A stretch of 64,000 nt of DNA from Candidatus Nomurabacteria bacterium (GTDB lineage: Bacteria; Patescibacteriota; Minisyncoccia; Phycocordibacterales; UBA9973). The position numbers were made by a program, and so were the translations under genes. The DNA lies in the NCBI GenBank assembly GCA_963842815.1, contig CAWJHU010000003.1, positions 91,683-155,682 on the forward strand, written 5' to 3'. Shown one piece after another: positions 44,009 to 51,813 of this stretch; the first letter of the stretch is position 1, and every line of letters starts with the position of its first letter. The notes under the pieces were generated by a model. That model did no database searches. It worked only from the letters and a program-made list of their open reading frames with translations, and was not told the DNA's origin.

Positions 44009-44070
44009 GTGGAGGGTACCCCACTGTGTTTAATAAACTAATAAGTCTATAAACCTCGTTATAAAATTAG
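44009..44070. repeat. 62-bp direct repeat, copy 2
   Basis: GTGGAGGGTACCCCACT...ATAAAATTAG. Confidence 0.85.
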
Positions 44071-44092
44071 ACGTATTTTTTAATAGGAACTA

Positions 44093-44995
44093 TTACCAAA
44101 ACTTAAGCCAATTAAATACCTTTTGATACCATTTTGATTTTACTGGTTCTGGGTTTGTTTGAGAAATTGTGTCAGTTTTTATTGTAATTAGTGGTTGTTT
44201 CGCGGACAAAGAAGATATCGGGGTAATAACTTTCTTTATTTTTGGTTTAGGTTGTATAATTTCTTTTTTCTCAACATTAAGATCATTGGGTGGATTAATT
44301 ACAGAAGTACTTGAAGAGACTACTGGAGCTATGGGGATTAACACACATTGTTTTTTACCTGTTGTGTCAAATGTATATCCTTCATTACAAGAACAATAAA
44401 CATTCTTATCGTCGTGTTTATTTGGTGAAGTTGTTGAATTCTGACCAAACTCTTTTTTGCACTCAGTATCAGAAGCTTCTTTTTCTGTAATAATTTTACC
44501 ATGCCCATCATTTACATAACCTGTGTTTGGTATACAGCTTCCATGTGAATCCTCTACGGAATTTATCGGGCAAGAACACTTTCCATTTACATCAAAGCTA
44601 TATTGATAAGAACATGCACATTTCCCAGTATTTTTATTATAAAAACTATGAGGGTCAGGATTGTGGCAAGAATTATAATTATCAAGATCCTTTAGCATTG
44701 CAGATATATCAGGCGTATATGTTCTGTTGATAGGTTCAGTATAAAGTGGTGTTGAGATAGAATTATCATTAGTAAAACTATTAGAGACACATTGTCCACT
44801 ACTACTCATAACATAACCAGATTCACATTTGCAATATGCATCACCAAAGTTCTCACCTATAGTTTGATGATCTCCTTCACAATACAAAGTGCCAACACCG
44901 GGGACATCAACACTGGCTTGTGCTTGGATTTTTTTAATAGGTAAAACCATTATTACAGCAACTAATATTAAAACAAATAGTAGATTTTTTTTCAT
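44093..44995 (-). CDS. Secreted Cys-rich protein with EGF-like CxCxxGY repeats
   Basis: Signal peptide; CKCESGY, CACSYQY, CSCNEGY; amphipathic WYQKVFNWLKFW tail. Confidence 0.75.
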   Translation of the reverse strand: MKKNLLFVLILVAVIMVLPIKKIQAQASVDVPGVGTLYCEGDHQTIGENFGDAYCKCESGYVMSSSGQCVSNSFTNDNSISTPLYTEPINRTYTPDISAMLKDLDNYNSCHNPDPHSFYNKNTGKCACSYQYSFDVNGKCSCPINSVEDSHGSCIPNTGYVNDGHGKIITEKEASDTECKKEFGQNSTTSPNKHDDKNVYCSCNEGYTFDTTGKKQCVLIPIAPVVSSSTSVINPPNDLNVEKKEIIQPKPKIKKVITPISSLSAKQPLITIKTDTISQTNPEPVKSKWYQKVFNWLKFW

Positions 44996-45011
44996 ATAAT
45001 TTTATTAGTTA

Positions 45012-45114
45012 GAAAGCAAAAAGCCCATCACGGGTAGAGACCGAAGTCTCTCGTGTCAGTTTCCCGACACGGCGTATAAGGCGACCCCCTGATGGGTTCT
45101 TTATTCCTTATACG
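45012..45114 (-). ncRNA. Candidate structured leader RNA (pseudoknot, GAAA and UUCG tetraloops)
   Basis: Minus strand: CGTGTCGG-GAAA-CTGACACG and AGAGAC-TTCG-GTCTCT hairpins plus two crossing stems. Confidence 0.65.
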
Positions 45115-45205
45115 ACTTGTATTACCGTGCCTTAAAATATAGATATAAATCAATATAAATATATAAGTAAGGTTTAGGCTACTATATTTATTAAGTTATA
45201 TTTTA

Positions 45206-45234
45206 ATGGTACAACTTCACAATGGAATTATCAA
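45206..45234 (-). promoter_or_regulatory. Sigma70-type promoter for the leader RNA and the Cys-rich gene
   Basis: TTGATA-17 nt-TACCAT on the minus strand. Confidence 0.5.
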
Positions 45235-45418
45235 TATAAAAATAAGATAAGAATAGTCGTAAATGTTTAAAATATTTGATAAATAAAAGCTCAATTTCGT
45301 AATTTGTGTATTTTTGATGGTATAAAAACCTATGTTTTATGGCTGTTTTTAAAATAAAGATAGTTATTCACATAATATATCGCCCTATTTTAGCGCTAGT
45401 GAATATAATCACTACACG

Positions 45419-45673
45419 ATGAGAAGTATAAGGGCAAGATTTAAAGAACAAGAATTAAAAAATCCATTTAATGGAGCATCTATTAATTTAGTTAGAGCAG
45501 TTCGAGGGAAAAAGTTTTCACGCAAATCGTTAGTGAAAGCCTTTAACGAATTAATACCAGAAAGAGAATATGAAAAAAATGAGCAAAAAGAGCTTATTGA
45601 TTATTTAGAGAATCAAACGAACCTACCTGAGGAGGGCGAAATTAAGGGCAAAAATGCCTTAGGAACAGTATAA
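45419..45673 (+). CDS. Small hypothetical protein upstream of the recombinase
   Basis: 84-aa ORF with TATAAT just upstream. Confidence 0.65.
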   Translation: MRSIRARFKEQELKNPFNGASINLVRAVRGKKFSRKSLVKAFNELIPEREYEKNEQKELIDYLENQTNLPEEGEIKGKNALGTV

Positions 45674-45680
45674 AACATCT

Positions 45681-45827
45681 ATGATAAGTATTGATAGGTG
45701 TAAAGAAATATTGGGTGGAAATATGGCAGATTCTGAAGTTGAGAAACTTCGAGAAACTCTTTATTCAATGATCGATTCAATATTAGATAATTACTTTGAA
45801 GAGTTTAGTGGTAAAATAGATATATGA
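45681..45827 (+). CDS. 48-aa protein translationally coupled to the recombinase
   Basis: MISIDRCKEILGGNMADSEVEKLRETLYSMIDSILDNYFEEFSGKIDI; ATGA overlap at 45824-45827. Confidence 0.65.
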   Translation: MISIDRCKEILGGNMADSEVEKLRETLYSMIDSILDNYFEEFSGKIDI

Positions 45828-47386
45828 AAAAAGCAGTAATATATTGTCGAGTATCTTCCGTAAAACAAAGCACTGAGGGACATGGGCTTGATAGCCAAGA
45901 ATATCGTTGCAGAGAATATGCAAAACAAAAAGATTATGAAGTTGTAAAAGTCTTTGGGGATACTTTTTCAGGTGGTGGAGATTTTATGAACAGACCAGCA
46001 ATGTCTTCTCTTTTGGGTTTTCTAGACAAAAATCTTGCAACTAATTTTGTAGTTATTTTTGACGATTTGAAAAGACTTGCCCGTGATACTGCTTTTCATC
46101 TTAAATTAAGAAGAGAACTCACTGCTAGGGGAGCAAAAGTAGAATGTTTAAATTTTACTTTTGAAGAAACCCCTGAAGGGCAATTTATTGAAACTATAAT
46201 GGCTTCTCAGGGTGAGTTAGAAAGAAAACAAAATCAAAGACAAGTAATCCAAAAACATAAAGCTCGTCTTGAAAATGGTTATTGGTCTTTCTGTTCTCCG
46301 GCAGGATATAAAATGGGCAAGAACCCTATTCATGGATATATTCTAAATAGAGTTGAACCTGAAGCCAGTATAATTAAAGAAGCACTTGAAGGATTTGCCT
46401 TTGGAAGGTTTGCAAATCAAGTTGAGGTTCAAAGTTTTTTACAATCAAAAAAGTTTCGTGGTTTAAAAAAAGTTAGTTTAGATTCAGTGAAAAAGCTACT
46501 TACAAGGTCAGTATATGCGGGATATGTGGAATATAAAGAATGGGATGTGAGTAGAAGAATCGGACACCATGAACCAATTATTGATTTAGAAACTTTTGAG
46601 AAGATTCAGGATAAACTAAACGGAAAGATAAAAGTTTTTTCAAGAAAAGACAATAGTAAAGAATTTCCTTTAAGAGGTTTTATTTTGTGTGCTAAATGTA
46701 TAAAGCCAATGACAGCAAGTTGGACAACAAGCAGGAATGGAGAAAAACACCCTTATTATCATTGTAAAACGAAAGAATGTGATTTGAGAGGTAAATGCAT
46801 CAGAAGAAAAGACATGGAAGACAAGTTTGAGGTTATTTTACGTTCAATAAAACCAAAGGAAAAGACCTTAGCCCTTACAAAAGAGATTCTGCTTGATGTA
46901 TGGAATAAAAGACTTGCTGATGTAGATAATCTTAAAAAGAATCATGAGAATAGTTTAGATGAAGTCCGTTCAAAGATAAGAAACTTATTAGATAGATTAT
47001 CAAAAATTGATAATGAAAATTTAATAAAAACTTACGAAAAAGAAATAGGGAAACTTACTGAAGAAGAACAGATATTAGAAAATCAGGCTCAGGTCATGCG
47101 AAGTAGAAAGCCAGACTTTGGAACCGCCCTTGATATAACATTTAATTTTCTTAAAAACCCTTATCTTTATTGGAAAAAAGATGATTTAAAGTCAAAACAC
47201 CTAGTTCTAAAATTGGTCTTTGAAGACAAAATTATTTATAACAGAGAAACAGGATTTGGAACCGCTAAATTATCTTTACCATTAAGGGTATTTGAGCTAA
47301 ATGAGCTTAATGATTCTTATGATGTGGACCCAAGCGGACTCGGACCGCTTACCTCCTCATTGCAAATGAGGCGCTCTACCAGATGA
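45824..47386 (+). CDS. Large serine recombinase (resolvase, recombinase and Zn-ribbon domains); 3' end overlaps tRNA-Ala antisense
   Basis: IYCRVSSVKQ, DTFSGG..RP, DLKRLARD, HEPIID..F, LRGFILCAKC...YYHC...C. Confidence 0.95.
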   Translation: MKKAVIYCRVSSVKQSTEGHGLDSQEYRCREYAKQKDYEVVKVFGDTFSGGGDFMNRPAMSSLLGFLDKNLATNFVVIFDDLKRLARDTAFHLKLRRELTARGAKVECLNFTFEETPEGQFIETIMASQGELERKQNQRQVIQKHKARLENGYWSFCSPAGYKMGKNPIHGYILNRVEPEASIIKEALEGFAFGRFANQVEVQSFLQSKKFRGLKKVSLDSVKKLLTRSVYAGYVEYKEWDVSRRIGHHEPIIDLETFEKIQDKLNGKIKVFSRKDNSKEFPLRGFILCAKCIKPMTASWTTSRNGEKHPYYHCKTKECDLRGKCIRRKDMEDKFEVILRSIKPKEKTLALTKEILLDVWNKRLADVDNLKKNHENSLDEVRSKIRNLLDRLSKIDNENLIKTYEKEIGKLTEEEQILENQAQVMRSRKPDFGTALDITFNFLKNPYLYWKKDDLKSKHLVLKLVFEDKIIYNRETGFGTAKLSLPLRVFELNELNDSYDVDPSGLGPLTSSLQMRRSTR

Positions 47387-47397
47387 GCTATGGGCCC
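47325..47397 (-). tRNA. tRNA-Ala(TGC)
   Basis: GGGCCCA/TGGGTCC acceptor with G3:U70; loop TTTGCAA. Confidence 0.93.
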
Positions 47398-47481
47398 AAT
47401 ACAAGAGATAAAGCCATTCTATATTATTTTTTTAATAATGCAAATTTGCCTTTTTTTTTGTTTCAGTTATTATTTTTAGAC

Positions 47482-47552
47482 GGGCCTATAGTTCAGTGGT
47501 AGAACGCGTCCATGGCATGGACGAGGTCGGAGTCCGATTCTCCGTAGGTCCA
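47482..47552 (+). tRNA. tRNA-Ala(GGC)
   Basis: GGGCCTA/TAGGTCC with G3:U70; loop ATGGCAT. Confidence 0.92.
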
Positions 47553-47555
47553 CAT

Positions 47556-47629
47556 GCACTCTTAGCTCAGTTGGTTAGAGCGTGCGATTCACATTCGCAA
47601 GGTCGTAGGTTCGATTCCTACAGGGTGCA
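47556..47629 (+). tRNA. tRNA-Val(CAC)
   Basis: GCACTCT/AGGGTGC; loop TTCACAT; GTTCGATTC. Confidence 0.92.
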
Positions 47630-47661
47630 CAAAAATGCTTTAGCATTTTTGTGCACCCTGT
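47620..47661. repeat. Perfect 20-bp inverted repeat that includes the tRNA-Val 3' acceptor strand
   Basis: ACAGGGTGCACAAAAATGCT-TT-AGCATTTTTGTGCACCCTGT. Confidence 0.9.
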
Positions 47662-47663
47662 CA

Positions 47664-47734
47664 GGGCCTATAGTAAAGTGGTATTACGCGGCATTCGCAT
47701 TGCCGAGGCGCGAGTCCGATTCTCGCTAGGTCCA
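47664..47734 (+). tRNA. tRNA-Ala(CGC)
   Basis: GGGCCTA/TAGGTCC with G3:U70; loop TTCGCAT. Confidence 0.9.
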
Positions 47735-47825
47735 CAGCTTGACTTTTATTGTATATATGATATACTTTCTTTGGATTTAAATAGAAAATAATGTTTGTTC
47801 ATTCCACTAATATAAGGAGACGCAA

Positions 47826-48284
47826 ATGTCGTTAATTCTCGTTCCAAAACATGACCTGCTATTTAAAGCAAATAGTATGGTTAAAGTTGGGGATGTTAAA
47901 AAGGAAAATCATCTTCGTGGACCCAAAGGAGAAAAAATTGCTGAACCCGAAGAAAAAAAACCATTTACAAATCTTAGACTGCATGTATGCGGTTCAGATA
48001 AAAAGATTCAGGAAAAATTCGAGTCAATGGCACAAGCCATTCTTGACGAAGACTGGATTAGCTTTGATACTCTTTTTTTTGAACTGAAGGAGTTCAAACC
48101 ATCCAAGACTTGCCTTAATACTTTTGGACGAGAACAAATTAGAATTACTATCGCTCGCAATCCTTCCAATTTTGAGTTGGAAACCATCCGTCGAAAGTTG
48201 AACTCTATTGGAATCAGCGAAGAAGTAATGGATCAGGGATACGAAGACGGTTTTGGGTTTCTTCAATCCCAATGTCATAAATAG
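47826..48284 (+). CDS. Hypothetical protein
   Basis: 152-aa ORF with SD AAGGAG; terminator-like hairpin at ~48303-48330. Confidence 0.6.
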   Translation: MSLILVPKHDLLFKANSMVKVGDVKKENHLRGPKGEKIAEPEEKKPFTNLRLHVCGSDKKIQEKFESMAQAILDEDWISFDTLFFELKEFKPSKTCLNTFGREQIRITIARNPSNFELETIRRKLNSIGISEEVMDQGYEDGFGFLQSQCHK

Positions 48285-48499
48285 CCCATTTTTGATTGAA
48301 CAAAAACCTTTGCTCTGGCAGAGGTTTTATTTTTTTATTTTATCTTTTAAATACAATTAATTCCCTAAAAAACAAAAACCCGCCTTGCGGCGGGTCTCTG
48401 CGGCACTTATGTTGTTTACGATAAATGTGAATCTAACCTCACACTCACAAAACGAGTATAGCATACTTGAAATAAAAAAGCAAGTCTGTTAGAATCAAA

Positions 48500-48815
48500 T
48501 CGGTCCTGTATTGGGCAGTTGCGCTCCGACTTTGGTCGGAGTGAGGAAAGTCCGAACACATAGCCTGATTTATCGGGCAAACGTAGCGGACAACCCCCGT
48601 CGGGAGTAATCCCAGGGTTGAGAACAGTGACGAACCGATTAAGTTCGGGTGAAACGGCAAAATACCTACGCGTGTGCAAGATCGTGTCCGCCCACAGCTA
48701 CACAGTTGCTGGCGGGAGAATCGCTTGAGCTTTGGAGTAATTCAGGGCCTAGATAAATAACTGTCGGTCCGGCTTCGGTCGGATTACAGAATTCGGCTTA
48801 TAGATACAGAACCGA
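48500..48815 (+). ncRNA. rnpB: RNase P RNA
   Basis: GAGGAAAGTCC, TGAAACGG, CCTAGATAAAT, ACAGAATTCGGCTTA; terminal P1 pairing. Confidence 0.95.
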
Positions 48816-48823
48816 AAATATGA

Positions 48824-48850
48824 AAAATCCTCTCACAAGAGAGGATTTTT
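48824..48850. terminator. Bidirectional terminator between rnpB and nrdJ
   Basis: AAAATCCTCTC-ACAA-GAGAGGATTTT. Confidence 0.75.
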
Positions 48851-48858
48851 CTATTGGG

Positions 48859-51228
48859 TTAATTTTCCGCAGGACCTTCGGTTTTTTCTTTTTTAGCTTC
48901 TTCAACCAAAACATCATCCAAGGAACAAACTCCGGAGACGCAAGCATATTCTTTAGCCCCCACGGTATTATCTTCCTGCTCGTAGTAAATCAGTTTGGAA
49001 AAATCAATATGTTTTATTTCGTTCATTCTTTTTTCGTATTCTTCTTTGGAAATTTCTTCGTAGGGCGCCAGCTGATAAACATGTTCGGAACGAGGCAAGA
49101 AAGAAAGTCCGCCAACAATATCCCAGTTTTCATAAATAAAATTCGCCACCTTTATCCATTCATCATTGCCCACATAAATAGTTACCGAAGGATTGTGCTC
49201 AATATAATTAATTTTTAATCTTTTCCATTCGTTCAACAGGTCAATGGCAGAAACCTGGTCGCGGGTGACAGCTCCCTCCGGCGCTTTGATGGGAAATTCA
49301 ACCACAGCGACAGTGGAATTGGCTGTGGAATATCCGACTTCCGCCTTAAAAGGAACACCCTGGTCTTTAATTAATTGATAGAGCGGGTCATTTGTGGAAA
49401 TACGAACTCTGCGGATGTAATACTTGGCATACCACGGATGCATTCCGGAGCCCACATAAAGAAGCTGTCCGGAATTTCCGTGGGGTTTGATAGTGGTAAT
49501 GCAGGTGGAACTATTGATGCCAAATTTTTTGGCATACTCTTTATTTATTTTAATAGCCTCTTCCCGAAGTTCTGATAAAACTTTATCATTTCTGATTGTT
49601 TTGTTGTCATAATATCCAGTAATGGAAACTCCCAGCAGGGCTTCATCCTCGCAATTTTCTTTCCATTCTTTTGATAGATAACCGAAATGAGTCAAGGTGG
49701 CTTGATAGGTCCCCAGAATGGTGGAAAGTCTGACTTTTCTCTTTAAATCCTCTAGGGTATCTTTGGGGCGCACCACAATGGAAGTGAGGTTGCAGAATTG
49801 CTTGGAACGAAGGGTAATTTCTCCGCATGGATTTGAGCCCGGCAATCCCACAATGACGTTTTGGTCGTCTATAATTCCGGCCTCCTTCCAGTTGTCAATT
49901 CGGCGTTTTGGGAGCTGGGTCATTAATCCCCCTCTATTGAATATACCCCTTTCCCCGGTGCCTGATTTTATCAATTCTATCCATTCGTTTAAAAATTCCG
50001 AGGCCGAAGGCTTCTGACTGTAGACGGCGGAGTTATTGGCCATGGAACGTTGTCCATTATCAATCCAGAATTGTCCCTGTTTTGATTTGCGCATGGATTC
50101 ATCGTCAATATCCGAAAGCGATATGAGAGCGCTGCGACGAACACCTCCGGCCACAACAATGAGGCCAATCTGACAAATGATGTCATGCAAATCCAAATTG
50201 GTGAGACGCTTTGCTTGTCTTCCCAATATTTTTTTCTTGGCAAAATTAATAAGGTCAATGAGAGGCTGGGGTCCGGAAGCGCGGCCGCCGGCAGTTTTCA
50301 AACGAGCGCCCGACGGACGAATTTTACTGTAATCAAAATCTATATCATATCCATCGGTCCAAGTCTTGCAAGCCAGAATAAATGCATCCGCCCAACCTTC
50401 TTTGCTGTCTTCAACCACATGGGTTGCTAATTTTTTTCCTGTTTGTCTTCTGATCTGCGGAAATTTTTGCACGGTCTCGGATTCAACAGAAAAACCTAAA
50501 CCTGCTCCGGACATTAGGATGAACATTATCTCTCCCAGGTCTTGCCAACTGGAAGGCGCCACATAGGAACAATTGTAAGCCCAGACGTTTGATTTTTCGC
50601 AAGCTTCTCCGGCGGACCAAAGCAATCTCATGGATGGACAAATTTCTTGTTTTAAAATTGCTTCTTTAACTTCGGAAAAATCTTTCGGGGACAACTTGTT
50701 GCCAAGATTTTTTTTCATATAGGCCATAAAGCGGTCAATGGTTTCTATCCATGTCTCGCGTCTGCCTAAATCATCCTGCCATTTTGAGTAGGTTCTATAA
50801 AAAATAAATTCTTCGTAGGAACTTACAAAGTAAGAACTGGATTCGTCAAAAATTTTTTTGTTTTCCGGAGGGATGGTGCCAACTTCGCGCCTCAATTCCG
50901 CTCTTTTGGACCTATATAAAATATAAGATTTTGCCGTAGAATGATATCCTAAATCCATAAGCTCGGATTCTACGATATCCTGAATCATTTCCACCGTCGG
51001 AATGAACTTTTTTTCTATGTTTTTTGCCTTTAGGTGGAGCAATTTATGAAAAACTTTCTCAGCAACGTCTTTCGCTTCCCTTTTTTCCCCTTCTTTGGTC
51101 GCGATAAATGCTTTATAAACGGCATCGGCGATTCTATTTATATTAAAAGGAATAACTTCCCCTTCTCGGTTTCTGACGTTCTTAACTTTATTCAATTCCT
51201 TTCGATCTAAAATAAAATCTTTTTCCAT
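48859..51228 (-). CDS. nrdJ: Class II (adenosylcobalamin-dependent) ribonucleotide reductase with N-terminal ATP-cone
   Basis: ATP-cone; YNCS, RRSALIS, NPCGEI, TTIKPHG, C-terminal ACVSGVC. Confidence 0.9.
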   Translation of the reverse strand: MEKDFILDRKELNKVKNVRNREGEVIPFNINRIADAVYKAFIATKEGEKREAKDVAEKVFHKLLHLKAKNIEKKFIPTVEMIQDIVESELMDLGYHSTAKSYILYRSKRAELRREVGTIPPENKKIFDESSSYFVSSYEEFIFYRTYSKWQDDLGRRETWIETIDRFMAYMKKNLGNKLSPKDFSEVKEAILKQEICPSMRLLWSAGEACEKSNVWAYNCSYVAPSSWQDLGEIMFILMSGAGLGFSVESETVQKFPQIRRQTGKKLATHVVEDSKEGWADAFILACKTWTDGYDIDFDYSKIRPSGARLKTAGGRASGPQPLIDLINFAKKKILGRQAKRLTNLDLHDIICQIGLIVVAGGVRRSALISLSDIDDESMRKSKQGQFWIDNGQRSMANNSAVYSQKPSASEFLNEWIELIKSGTGERGIFNRGGLMTQLPKRRIDNWKEAGIIDDQNVIVGLPGSNPCGEITLRSKQFCNLTSIVVRPKDTLEDLKRKVRLSTILGTYQATLTHFGYLSKEWKENCEDEALLGVSITGYYDNKTIRNDKVLSELREEAIKINKEYAKKFGINSSTCITTIKPHGNSGQLLYVGSGMHPWYAKYYIRRVRISTNDPLYQLIKDQGVPFKAEVGYSTANSTVAVVEFPIKAPEGAVTRDQVSAIDLLNEWKRLKINYIEHNPSVTIYVGNDEWIKVANFIYENWDIVGGLSFLPRSEHVYQLAPYEEISKEEYEKRMNEIKHIDFSKLIYYEQEDNTVGAKEYACVSGVCSLDDVLVEEAKKEKTEGPAEN

Positions 51229-51347
51229 GGAGCAATTATACTTCTATAAAATAATTTTTGCGAGTGGAAAACAAGAAAAAACAATAAAGAAAAACAGTTT
51301 GAAATGGCTGTAAATAGCAATCTCTTTAAAAGCTGAAACGGTAAGCC

Positions 51348-51809
51348 TTAGGAGGACAAAAATTCCACCTTGTCGCCTTCTTTTAAATTATTCTTTTCCG
51401 AAAAAGAGGAGCTGACTTCCAAAACATACCGACTGATACCCTCGGGACCATAGGTCTCCGGATATGACCCCGGAAGTGCATTTTTTTTGATATAAACCAC
51501 CCGCAAATCTTCTCCGATCCAAATAATATCTATTGGAAAATTCATATCCTTCATCCAAAAAGAATATTGGCCTGCTTGGTTAAAAACAAAAAGCATTCCT
51601 TCGTCTTCTTTCAATCCTGCCCGTCCTGAAAGCCCTTGTTCTTGAGCTTCTGGAGTCAAAGCCAAATCAACTTTGAGAGTTTTTCCGGCAATTTTTACAT
51701 ATTGAATTTTACTTATATCAAAATTTTTGGGGGAATAATTTATCAAAAAAAATCCTGCCACAAAAAAAATAATAATTATGAGAATAAAAAAAATATTTTT
51801 ATTTTTCAT
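51348..51809 (-). CDS. DUF192-family protein
   Basis: QGLSGR..GMLFVF..FWMKDMNFPIDIIW..YVLEV. Confidence 0.88.
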   Translation of the reverse strand: MKNKNIFFILIIIIFFVAGFFLINYSPKNFDISKIQYVKIAGKTLKVDLALTPEAQEQGLSGRAGLKEDEGMLFVFNQAGQYSFWMKDMNFPIDIIWIGEDLRVVYIKKNALPGSYPETYGPEGISRYVLEVSSSFSEKNNLKEGDKVEFLSS

Positions 51810-51813
51810 TTCT

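Larger units (their letters stand above)
41828..47329. mobile_element. ~5.5-kb integrative element in the 3' end of tRNA-Ala(TGC)
   Basis: TGTGGAC direct repeats at 41828-41834 and 47323-47329; serine recombinase at the right end; visibly more AT-rich than flanks. Confidence 0.8.

Noticed and set aside
43102-44070. Classical integron attC sites
   Set aside because: No RYYYAAC/GTTRRRY ends and no IntI; kept only as unexplained repeats.
45012-45114. HDV-like ribozyme or c-di-GMP riboswitch assignment
   Set aside because: No P3/L3 between the crossing stems, and I could not find the consensus nucleotides.
45360-45375. DnaA box or replication origin (TTATTCACA)
   Set aside because: Isolated imperfect box with no cluster.
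47496-47729. 77-aa ORF, and similar ORFs over rnpB (48416-48679), tRNA-Thr (59598-59792) and the 38939 extension
   Set aside because: They overlap structural RNA genes and have no protein features.
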